A DNA stretch of 63,951 bases, the filler included, from an uncultured bacterium (lineage in GTDB: Bacteria; DAOPZR01), in the NCBI GenBank assembly GCA_964637655.1. It is 4 parts of 4 records of this genome, joined end to end, with 100 filler letters (N's around TTAATTAATTAA, not from the genome) between each part and the next. Parts side by side here need not be neighbours in the genome. Positions count along the whole stretch, not along the records: positions 17,915 to 35,324 come from CAZWUZ010000039.1; positions 35,425 to 52,245 come from CAZWUZ010000041.1; 2 more parts are not named here. One strand, given 5' to 3'. The notes beneath the pieces are model-generated. The model was not told where the DNA came from. It made no database searches and saw only the letters and a list, made by a program, of their open reading frames with translations. This document shows, piece after piece, positions 30,111 through 38,220 of the stretch; the first letter of the stretch is position 1; each line of letters begins with the position of its first letter. The position numbers and the translations under genes were made by a program.

Positions 30111-31532
30111 TCAGTACCCCATCCGGCGCAATTCCTCGCGGTTGCGGCGCGCCACCTCGCACTGCGGATCGAGCGCCAGCGCCTTCTCCCAGAGGAGCGC
30201 AGCGCTTTCGTATTCCCCGAGCTGGAACGCGGCGGCGCCCAGGTTGACCATCGCCTCGACCGAATTCGGGTTGAGCACCAGCGCGCACATAAAGGCGGTA
30301 TCGGCGGCATCGTACTGCGCGACCTGGTACGCGGCATGCCCCAGCTGGTAGTAAGCGAGATAGTTGTGCGGGTCGAGCGCGAGCACCGCGCGGCAGCGTT
30401 CCGCCGCGTGCCAGAACTGTCCGGCGCGCGTGAACGCTTCACCCTCGCGCAGCAGACGGTCGATTTCGGGCGGCGGGGATTCGGCAGCAGGCGCCGCCGG
30501 TGCGGGAGCGACAACCGGTGCGGCTGGCTGTCGCGCCGGAACCGGTACCGGTGCAGGTGCCGGCACTTCTTCTGCCGCAGCGCCACCCCAGGCAACGGTG
30601 AGCGAGACCGCATGACGGTCATCGGCATGCGCCCGGCAGGTGGCGGCATAGTCAACCGCCAGGTACGGAAAGGCAAAACCAATACCGCCGGTAAGCGCGC
30701 GGCCTTCACTCTCCCCGATACGCCAGCCGCCGCGCAACGCCAGCCACGGCAGCGGCAGCACTTCGATTCCCATGCGAAAGCCGGTCTCTTCATGACGCGG
30801 CTTGACCGCTTCGACGTTCAGGCGCAGGCGGTCAGGCCACACAAACAGCGAGGTGCCGACCGCAACTTCCGTCGGCAGTTCAACCGTCCCGGTGTCATGT
30901 TTCAGTTGCGGCCCAGCCTGCCTCACGGCGAAACCCGCGTACCAGTCGCGGCCGGCATCGACCAGCATGAGCAGGCCGGCATCGCCGCTCCAGCCGTCCT
31001 GTCGTGTCCCGTCAGTGGTCAGGCGCAGGTAGCGCCCGGTCAGCCCGCAGGCGAAACGCTCCGTCAGCGGCAGTGCGCCCGTCAGCGCCACCTGTTGCGT
31101 GCGCACGTCATGCAGGGCATTGCCTGACGGGTCGGCCGGCGTGCGCTGCCGCACGGCGTCCGCTTCGTCCTGCCCGGCGAGCAGCGCCAGGCGCAGGCGC
31201 CCGGCATACCACAACGCACCCGCAGTTCCCTGCCGGCCGTCGTCATCATACACATACCCGACGGTGCCCTCATGCTGCACCGCCGCGGCGATGGCGGCAG
31301 GATTGGCGGCGGCAAAATCCAGGCCGCCGCTGCGCGCCACACCCGCCCCTCCCTGCCCGGCAACTGCCGGCGACGCATCACTGCACACGCCGGCACACAC
31401 CGGCGTCGTTCCCGCTCCGCGCGCAGCGAACGGTACCATAGCCAGTACCAGTCCCCACCACGCGAACATGAACAATGTGCCGCGCCGGCCGCGGCACGAA
31501 GCCGCGGCCGGCCACACCGGACGTTCCGGCAT
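30111..31532 (-). CDS. PorV/PorQ-like beta-barrel protein with C-terminal TPR repeats
   Basis: NPAAIA, D.G, LALRGG, VDYA...H.VSL barrel pattern; Pro/Ala linker; TPR helices. Confidence 0.65.
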   Translation of the reverse strand: MPERPVWPAAASCRGRRGTLFMFAWWGLVLAMVPFAARGAGTTPVCAGVCSDASPAVAGQGGAGVARSGGLDFAAANPAAIAAAVQHEGTVGYVYDDDGRQGTAGALWYAGRLRLALLAGQDEADAVRQRTPADPSGNALHDVRTQQVALTGALPLTERFACGLTGRYLRLTTDGTRQDGWSGDAGLLMLVDAGRDWYAGFAVRQAGPQLKHDTGTVELPTEVAVGTSLFVWPDRLRLNVEAVKPRHEETGFRMGIEVLPLPWLALRGGWRIGESEGRALTGGIGFAFPYLAVDYAATCRAHADDRHAVSLTVAWGGAAAEEVPAPAPVPVPARQPAAPVVAPAPAAPAAESPPPEIDRLLREGEAFTRAGQFWHAAERCRAVLALDPHNYLAYYQLGHAAYQVAQYDAADTAFMCALVLNPNSVEAMVNLGAAAFQLGEYESAALLWEKALALDPQCEVARRNREELRRMGY

Positions 31533-31558
31533 GCAATTGTGCGGAAAGTGTGATCAGT

Positions 31559-31711
31559 TCAGAGTTTGGCGCCGATTTTGAACATCTTGGTGCCGCACTT
31601 GGGGCACTTGCCCTGAACGGCCGGCTTGCCGTTCTTCATGGTGACCTGCTGCGGTTCCTGCATCTCGGCTTTCGCCTTGCACTTCATGCAATACCCTTCA
31701 ACCTGTGCCAT
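31559..31711 (-). CDS. DUF5679-like zinc-ribbon protein (50 aa, below the ORF track cutoff)
   Basis: MAQVEGYCMKCKAKAEMQEPQQVTMKNGKPAVQGKCPKCGTKMFKIGAKL; RBS GGAGG; own promoter TTGACG-17-CATGAT at 31757-31785. Confidence 0.85.
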   Translation of the reverse strand: MAQVEGYCMKCKAKAEMQEPQQVTMKNGKPAVQGKCPKCGTKMFKIGAKL

Positions 31712-31781
31712 AGTTCCCCTCCCAGAGAAAGTGTCTGCGCTTTCGGCAGCACCGGCATCATGCCATTATTCGCCCGCCACG

Positions 31782-33479
31782 TCAACTTTCAGCGATGGCC
31801 ACGCGGTTCTTCCCCTCCCGCTTGGCGCGGTAGAGGCCACGGTCGGCAAAGGCAAAGAGCGCGTCACCATCACTGCCGTCGCGAGGCTTGCAGGCCACGC
31901 CGCCGCTGACGGTCACCGACAGTTCCTGCGTACCGCTCATCACTCGGTTTGCGGCGATGGCCGCTCCGACCCGCTGCGCCACCGTCAGCGCCTCGTCCGG
32001 CGGCGTATGCGGCATGATAACGGCAAATTCCTCACCGCCGTAGCGGCAGACAATGTCCGTGCCGCGCACCGCCCCCTGCGCCGCGCGCGCGGTGGCCTGC
32101 AGCACGAGGTCGCCGACGAGATGCCCGTACGTGTCGTTGAACTTCTTGAAATTGTCGATATCAAACACCATCAGCCCGCACGGCTCATCGCCGGCCAGCG
32201 TCTCCGCCCAGGCATTGTCGAAATACGCGCGATTGAAGGCGCCGGTAAGGCGGTCGCAGATGGCATTGCGGTAGATGACCGCATTTTCCAGCGCCAGCGC
32301 CACCTGCAGCGCCAGCGCATTGAGGAAATTCAGGTCGTTCTGCGTGAATGGGCGGTCAGCCGGCCGCGCGACATACAGGAAGCCGCGACACCGGCGGCGC
32401 GTGCGCAGCGGCAGGAAGACCTCATTGGCCCGGCCGTCGGCCTCACCCGGCGCGCGGTTATGCCGCACGGCCTCCTCGCGCGCGAGACATTCACCCACCT
32501 CGCTGCGCCCGTAAAATGCCGCCGCATCAGCAGCCGGCGCACCCGTCAGGCGCCCCTCCTGCACCGTCTGCTTGTCGTCGCTGCACCAGACCACCGCCGC
32601 ATCGTCGCTCCCCGCCAGTTCACCCAGCACCTGCAGCCCGCGTTCGAGCACGAGGTCGGGACGCAGGTCGCTCTGCGCAAGATCGTTTCCGGCGGTGAGC
32701 AGCAGGTAGAGGCGGCGGTTGGCGGCATCGAGCCGTGCCGCCTCGTTCGGCGTCGTTTCCCCCGAGGCGGGGCAGAGCACCGCGTAGGGACAGGCGGTGC
32801 AGAACGGCCCGGGCCGGGGCGCATAGTCGCGGTCGGTGATAATGGTATCGATGAGCGCCCCGATATCCGCCGCCGCCGCATCGAGCTGCGCCGGGGTGCG
32901 AGTGGAGACCACGTCCCGCCCGAGCGCGAGATAGTGCAGCGCGAGCGTGGCGCACGGCTGCCCGTAGAGGGCGCGGAACGCCAGCGCGTAGACCGTGAGC
33001 TGCAGGTCGTCGGATGCCTCGCGCTCGTCGAGCGCATGTTTTCCCGTTTTGTAGTCGATCAGGTGGTACGAACCGTCGGCATGGCGGTCGACGCGGTCGA
33101 AGAACCCGGTCAGTTCATGTTCCCCGAGCGGCACCGTGAAGCGGTGTTCGAGCAGCAGCGGCACCGCCGTCATGTCATGGCGGTAGAAGTAGCGGTCGAG
33201 CATGTCGAGCGCTCGCAGCCCGTAGCGGCGCTCTTCCTCGAGGTCGCGATACCCCTCGCGCCGCCAGTGCGCGCGCAGCAGCTGATGCAGCTGCGCCGGC
33301 GTACGCTGCGCCGGGGCCGGGTCGCGGAAAAAGGCGCAGAGCGCGTCGTGCACGCTCTCCCCGAGGCAGGTCTCGGGAGTGCGCACGGCGAATTCACCCT
33401 TGAGGCGGTCGACATACTGGTAGCGGTAGCGGCGCGGACAGTCCCGGTAGCAGCGCAGGCGGGTGGCGCTGGCCCGCAT
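31782..33479 (-). CDS. PD-(D/E)xK (RecB/AddB/Cas4-like) Fe-S nuclease-GAF-GGDEF diguanylate cyclase fusion
   Basis: DCPRRY, GFFDRVD, LIDYKTG, QLTVY, CTACPYAVLC; GAF (LYV..P..RPFTQND); DRLTG..NR, DIDNFK.FND.YGH, RGTD-IVCRY-GGEEF. Confidence 0.9.
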   Translation of the reverse strand: MRASATRLRCYRDCPRRYRYQYVDRLKGEFAVRTPETCLGESVHDALCAFFRDPAPAQRTPAQLHQLLRAHWRREGYRDLEEERRYGLRALDMLDRYFYRHDMTAVPLLLEHRFTVPLGEHELTGFFDRVDRHADGSYHLIDYKTGKHALDEREASDDLQLTVYALAFRALYGQPCATLALHYLALGRDVVSTRTPAQLDAAAADIGALIDTIITDRDYAPRPGPFCTACPYAVLCPASGETTPNEAARLDAANRRLYLLLTAGNDLAQSDLRPDLVLERGLQVLGELAGSDDAAVVWCSDDKQTVQEGRLTGAPAADAAAFYGRSEVGECLAREEAVRHNRAPGEADGRANEVFLPLRTRRRCRGFLYVARPADRPFTQNDLNFLNALALQVALALENAVIYRNAICDRLTGAFNRAYFDNAWAETLAGDEPCGLMVFDIDNFKKFNDTYGHLVGDLVLQATARAAQGAVRGTDIVCRYGGEEFAVIMPHTPPDEALTVAQRVGAAIAANRVMSGTQELSVTVSGGVACKPRDGSDGDALFAFADRGLYRAKREGKNRVAIAES

Positions 33480-34753
33480 CAGAAGGGGAGCGGCGCCGCC
33501 GCCGGGGCGGCAACAGCCGCGGCCTGCCCGTCGATACGGTGGGCAAGATACCCGTAGCGTCCGTCGCCGTCATCGCGCACGAGGAGCAGCACCGGGGTGC
33601 CCGCGGCCACCGCGGCCAGCGCCTCGTGCTGCGTGCGCCAGGTTTCCCCGTCCACCAGCACTTCCCGGTCACAGCCGCCGGCAATGAGCCGGCCGTGATC
33701 GTCGTGGCCGGTATACTGCTGCCAGACAGCCGTGAGCAGGCGCAGCGGCGCCAGGCCGCCGGCGCGGCGTACGGTCATCTCCTGCAGCCGCGCCTCGAGA
33801 TCGGCCACCTGCCGGTCATGCGTCACCTGCGCCGCCCAGTCCGTCCAGCGCTCGGGCGACCCGTCGAGCAGGTCGCAGGCGGCGAGCAGCGCCTCGGGCG
33901 TATCGCTGACGCAGCCGCGCGGCACCGGGTGCAGGTAGCCGTACACCTGCACCTGCGTACCGCGACGATGCCACCAGTCGAGCAGGGCGGCAACGTCCGT
34001 ACGGGACCACGCTTCGCCCGTCACGGCCAGCCAGAGGTTCAGCACGCCGCCGCGGGCGAAGAACTCGTGCAGGCCGCGGTCGAACGTGGCGAGGGCGCGT
34101 CCATCCACCATGCCGGACACAAGCAGCAGGCGCTGCTGCGCCCCGGCGCAGAGGGCAACAACTGCGGCCGGCAGTTCGTCCGGTGGCAGGAAACGGGTGG
34201 AGGCGTCAGTGGTCAGGCGTGACTGCAGCGCGCGCAACTGACCGTGCAGGAGTTGCAATTCACGCAGCAGCGGCACATTCTCGCGCAGGTCGAGCAGGCG
34301 CTGTTCGCGCAGGTCGAGCAGGCGGCTGCGCGCCACCTGCTGCTGCTGTTCCGTCTGCTGGGCGAGCAGCAGCCGGCGCTGCACCTGGCGGTCGATATCG
34401 GCGTAGAGCTGCGCCACCTTGTCGCGGTAGGCCTGCTCGCGCAGTTCGAGATGGCGTGCGGCGTCATCACACTCTTTGGCCAGGCGCTGCTGCTCCTGCT
34501 GCAGCCCCGCGAGCCGCTCATCACGTTCAGCGATGGCGCGGTGGATACGCTCATTTTTCCACATGAACACGAGGAGCGCGAGAAAGACCAGCGCCCACCC
34601 CGTCACCAGCGGGGTGGTCCCCGCCTCGAGCATGGCGACGGTGATGACCCCCTGGTCCCAGAGGAGTTTGAGGATACCGACCGGCAGGGCGGCAATGACC
34701 GCCCAGGCTACGAAACTGAAACACCGGTCCCACAGCGTCGGCCGCTGTGCCAT
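33479..34753 (-). CDS. Membrane protein: 2 TM, coiled coil, degenerate PLD-like domain, possible C-terminal OB fold
   Basis: RBS GGAGG and ATG 34753; AQQRLLLVSG...ARGGVLNLW (PLD-like fold, no HKD); TGATG-coupled to the nuclease-GGDEF gene. Confidence 0.6.
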   Translation of the reverse strand: MAQRPTLWDRCFSFVAWAVIAALPVGILKLLWDQGVITVAMLEAGTTPLVTGWALVFLALLVFMWKNERIHRAIAERDERLAGLQQEQQRLAKECDDAARHLELREQAYRDKVAQLYADIDRQVQRRLLLAQQTEQQQQVARSRLLDLREQRLLDLRENVPLLRELQLLHGQLRALQSRLTTDASTRFLPPDELPAAVVALCAGAQQRLLLVSGMVDGRALATFDRGLHEFFARGGVLNLWLAVTGEAWSRTDVAALLDWWHRRGTQVQVYGYLHPVPRGCVSDTPEALLAACDLLDGSPERWTDWAAQVTHDRQVADLEARLQEMTVRRAGGLAPLRLLTAVWQQYTGHDDHGRLIAGGCDREVLVDGETWRTQHEALAAVAAGTPVLLLVRDDGDGRYGYLAHRIDGQAAAVAAPAAAPLPF

Positions 34754-34778
34754 CAGGTTCCCTCCGTCAGCGTTCAGG

Positions 34779-35273
34779 TCAGGCGGCGTCACGCTCCGCC
34801 GCCGGCAGCCGGTCGGGCGCGCGCGGCGCCCGTCCGTCCGTGCGCTCCGTACGCCCCCCCTCGCGCACGGTGACCGTGCGCTGCTGCTTCGCCCACTGCC
34901 ACTGCGTCTTCCCCTGCTCGAACGCGTTGCTGATCCCCCTGTAGAAGACGAGGTGGCCGTAGTTGGAGTTGATCGTCCCGTCGGGGTTCTTCAGCTTCAG
35001 CCAGAACTTCGACGCCTCGCCGAACTCGTCGCCGGACAGCGTGCCGCTGAAGTAGAGCCTAAGCTCATTGTTCAGGTACTTGACTGGGTACGGTCGGGAC
35101 GGGGTGGACAGCACGTCGCCGGGGGCGTTGACGCGGAACAGCGCGTCCTGGATGTACCTGACCTTCTCCCCGCGCGGCGACTTCTCCTTGCCGCGCTGCA
35201 TGATCCCCCTCAGGAGGGACAGATAGGATTCGCTGAAGGAATCGCCTTCAAACAGATTGCCGGTTAAGCCCAT
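34779..35273 (-). pseudogene. N-terminal fragment of a thymidylate synthase/pyrimidine hydroxymethylase-family protein joined to an unrelated tail
   Basis: SPRG.KV, KYLNNEL.LYFSG, DGTINSNYG, QWQWA; the catalytic half is absent. Confidence 0.65.
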
Positions 35274-35324
35274 TGCGGTCTCCTTTCCTTTTTTTTTGTT
35301 TCCTTTTTACATGGAAATTAAACC

Positions 35325-35424
35325 NNNNNNNNNNNNNNNNNNNNNNNNNNNNNNNNNNNNNNNNNNNNTTAATTAATTAANNNNNNNNNNNNNNNNNNNN
35401 NNNNNNNNNNNNNNNNNNNNNNNN
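35325..35424. other. Artificial contig linker
   Basis: N-TTAATTAATTAA-N. Confidence 0.97.
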
Positions 35425-35781
35425 GCCACCGGGCTGCGCGAGGCGGACCTCGAGGAGAAATTTGTCCGCTCCTCGGGGCCGGGCGGGCAGAATGTCAACA
35501 AGGTGTCGAGCTGCGTGCAGCTGCGCCACCTCCCCACCGGGCTTACCGTGCGCTGCCAGAGCGAACGCTCGCAACTGCTCAACCGTTTCCTTGCCCGCCG
35601 CCGGCTCGCCGACAAGCTCGAGGAACTGCGCACCGGGCTGGTGCGCGCGCGGCAGGCCGCGGTGGAGAAGATCAGGCGGCAGAAGCGCAAGCGCTCGAAA
35701 CGCGCGAAGGAAAAAATGCTCGACGCCAAGCACCGCGTCAGCGTCAAGAAGGCGCAGCGCCGCCCCCCCGCCGCCGACTGA
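35425..35781 (+). CDS. GGQ peptide-chain release factor homolog (ribosome rescue type), 5' truncated
   Basis: EEKFVRSSGPGGQNVNKVSSCVQLRHLPTG...RSQ..NR and a basic C-terminal tail. Confidence 0.88.
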   Translation, partial: ATGLREADLEEKFVRSSGPGGQNVNKVSSCVQLRHLPTGLTVRCQSERSQLLNRFLARRRLADKLEELRTGLVRARQAAVEKIRRQKRKRSKRAKEKMLDAKHRVSVKKAQRRPPAAD

Positions 35782-35790
35782 CACAACGGC

Positions 35791-36152
35791 TTTTACCGCG
35801 GAGCACACAGAGTACGCGGAGCGTTCCCGTCGGAATCAGGGCAGGGATGCACTTTTCCCGATGGTTCATTCTCTGTTTTCCGGGTCACTCCCGAAATCCG
35901 TAATCGGGAGTCCAGCCACTTAATCCCGTTCTCCGAAATTTTCCTTGCTGCTTTTCCCCGTGTACTCCGTGTGGTCAAGCCGTTGCCGTGCCTGGCGTGC
36001 TCTGCGGTGAAATGGTGTGCGATCCCGTTCTCCGTGTGACCTTCTCCGTGCGCTCCAGGCATTCAGTGGTCACATTGTGGCCGTGCTCTGTGTGCTCTGC
36101 GTGCTCTGCGGTGAAAAAGGTGTGCTGTCTTCTCCGTGTGCCCCGTGGCAAC
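35791..36152. repeat. Cluster of ACCGCGGAGCACACAGAG-type REP-like repeats
   Basis: One forward copy (35791-35821) and about five degenerate reverse copies (e.g. gtgctctgtgtgctctgcgtgctctgcggtgaa). Confidence 0.7.
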
Positions 36153-36185
36153 ATTGTTTCCGGGCAGTATATGCCGAATGACCAG

Positions 36186-36214
36186 TTGACGGCGGGCGGG
36201 GGTCGTGGTAGCAT
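36186..36214 (+). promoter_or_regulatory. Sigma70-like promoter
   Basis: TTGACG-17 bp-TAGCAT. Confidence 0.45.
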
Positions 36215-36244
36215 AAACACCGTGACGGAGACCATCAGGGGGCT

Positions 36245-37333
36245 ATGATGGACGAAGCGCGCATTATTGCGAAACTTATCGACGACGGGCACCTTGCGCC
36301 GAAGCAGGTCGAGCGGGCGCGCGAGAAGGCGGGGAACGGGTCGCTGCGTGATACGCTCATCGCCGCGGACCTGATCACCGCTGCCGACTGGGACGCCGCG
36401 GCGGCGGCGGCGGCCCCGGCGCAGAACGTCGAGGAACTGCTTGCTGCCGTGCCGAGTTTCGACGACCTGCTCAGCGATCTGACCATGGTCGACATCAAGG
36501 CCTTCTCGACCATTCTCGGCAGCGAAACCTACACTACGGGCAAGGCGCTTTTCCGCGAGGGGGACGAGGGGAGCAAGCTCTACGTCCTCAAGAGCGGCAG
36601 CGTACACATCTACAAGGGCGGGACGGACATCGCCACGCTGCGCACGGGTGACGTGCTCGGCGAAATGTCGTTCATCCTCGGCTGGCAGCGCACGGGGCGC
36701 GCGGTGGCCGACGGCGAGACCGAACTGCTGGTTATCGACCGCAAGGAGTTTCTCAAGTTCTGCGGGCGCGCCCCGGTAACCGGGCTGAAGATCGTGCTCG
36801 GGCTGATCAAGGTCATCTGCTACCGCCTGCAGGCGTATGAACTGGCGCTGGCGCATGCCGCGGGGCGCACACCGCCGCTGCTCCGCTACGATCCCGACCA
36901 GGGGCTCACCTTCAACGAGGTCTATGACCTGCTCGACGCCGACCAGGCGGCCGACCTGCGCACCATCTCACGCGAGCAGACCGTGCCCGCCGGGGAGCCG
37001 GTCTTCGCGCAGGGCGATGGTGGCGACGACCTCTATGCCGTCACGCGCGGCACCGTCGACATCGTCTACACCGCACCGGGCGGGGCGCGCCAGACCGTCG
37101 CGCGTCTCGGCGAGGGCTATGTGTTCGGCGAAGTGGCGTTCGTGCTCGGCTGGCCGCGCACGGCGGCCGCGGTCGCCAGCGAAACGGCGACCCTCACCGT
37201 CATCGACAAGGCGGGCTTCGGCCGCTTCATGGCGGCGCATCCGGGGGCGGCGCTGCGCATCATCATCACGCTGGCGCGCCTCATCAGTTTCCGTCTGGAA
37301 ACCTACACTTCAGCGACACGGGAGAAAGTCTGA
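36245..37333 (+). CDS. Tandem cyclic-nucleotide-binding domain protein with an N-terminal T2SSE_N/MshEN-like segment
   Basis: LFREGD...LGEMSF...RTG and VFAQGD...FGEVAF...RTA; no HTH output domain. Confidence 0.85.
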   Translation: MMDEARIIAKLIDDGHLAPKQVERAREKAGNGSLRDTLIAADLITAADWDAAAAAAAPAQNVEELLAAVPSFDDLLSDLTMVDIKAFSTILGSETYTTGKALFREGDEGSKLYVLKSGSVHIYKGGTDIATLRTGDVLGEMSFILGWQRTGRAVADGETELLVIDRKEFLKFCGRAPVTGLKIVLGLIKVICYRLQAYELALAHAAGRTPPLLRYDPDQGLTFNEVYDLLDADQAADLRTISREQTVPAGEPVFAQGDGGDDLYAVTRGTVDIVYTAPGGARQTVARLGEGYVFGEVAFVLGWPRTAAAVASETATLTVIDKAGFGRFMAAHPGAALRIIITLARLISFRLETYTSATREKV

Positions 37334-37686
37334 TGGGACTGCTCAACACGCCGGCCGGCGGCACGAAGAAGGACCTGGGCGGAGCGCTTGACCTCGCTGA
37401 GAAACTGCGCACCTACACCTTCCAGCGCCGCATCCGCGCCAGCGCTTTTGTTTTTGTCGTCTTCGGTATGCTCTCGATCATCCCGCTGCTGATCCTCCCC
37501 GCGGTCAAGGTGCAGGGCGTCGCCTCGGGCAACGTTTGGATGCAGTTCCTGCACGCCGGCCTCGAACGCCTCGCCAGCGACTGGATGCTGCTGGTCGTCT
37601 TCCTGATCTCCATCACCAACCTTTTGCTGCTCTTCGCGGTGCTCTTCATGCTCTACGCCGTGCTCAACGTCCTCGAAAACCGCTGA
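37333..37686 (+). CDS. Small 2-TM membrane protein
   Basis: TGATG-coupled to the cNMP gene; two hydrophobic helices. Confidence 0.7.
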   Translation: MGLLNTPAGGTKKDLGGALDLAEKLRTYTFQRRIRASAFVFVVFGMLSIIPLLILPAVKVQGVASGNVWMQFLHAGLERLASDWMLLVVFLISITNLLLLFAVLFMLYAVLNVLENR

Positions 37687-37706
37687 CCTCCGGTGCTAGG
37701 CATCTA

Positions 37707-38116
37707 TTCCGGTGCCAGGCACTCAACTAATGGAATTACGGGAGTATATTGGGTAATTTCCCTGCAGGATACTCCCCTTGTAGAATAGTTTCTTGCGTAC
37801 TACACCTCTGACGCGTATCAGACGTGCGCACAGCACTGCAGCACTTTGGCCGACAGAGGAAAATATTCACCCAAAGTTCCCTCGTTATTCCATTAGTTGA
37901 GTGCCNNNNNNNNNNNNNNNNNNNNNNNNNNNNNNNNNNNNNNNNNNNNNNNNNNNNNNNNNNNNNNNNNNNNNNNNNNNNNNNNNNNNNNNNNNNNNNN
38001 NNNNNTGGCACCGCAGTATCGTGCCTGGCACCGCAGTATCGTGCCTGGCACCGCAGTATCGTGCCTGGCACCGCAGTATCAGTGCCTGGCACCGTAGTAT
38101 CGTGCCTGGCACCGGA
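37707..38116. repeat. GTGCCTGGCACC REP-like element: inverted repeats plus a 20-bp tandem array
   Basis: 37718-37736 is the perfect inverse of 37887-37905. After the gap, tandem gtgcctggcaccgcagtatc units run 38006-38116. Confidence 0.8.
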
Positions 38117-38131
38117 AATTGATATAACTGC

Positions 38132-38159
38132 TTGACATATCGGGAGAGTAGTGTATAAT
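38132..38159 (+). promoter_or_regulatory. Consensus sigma70 promoter for the efflux operon
   Basis: TTGACA-16 bp-TATAAT. Confidence 0.75.
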
Positions 38160-38220
38160 AGGTGTGTCGCGTGAAAATGGGCGCGCGACACGCTGTACGT
38201 GGAAGGGAGGGGACCACGTC

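Noticed and set aside
31782-33479. Cas4 of a CRISPR-Cas system
   Set aside because: Same nuclease superfamily, but there is no cas1/cas2 or array, and the motifs (DYKTG) are RecB/AddB-like.
38006-38116. Possible CRISPR array
   Set aside because: 20-bp head-to-tail units with no unique spacers, and no cas genes nearby.
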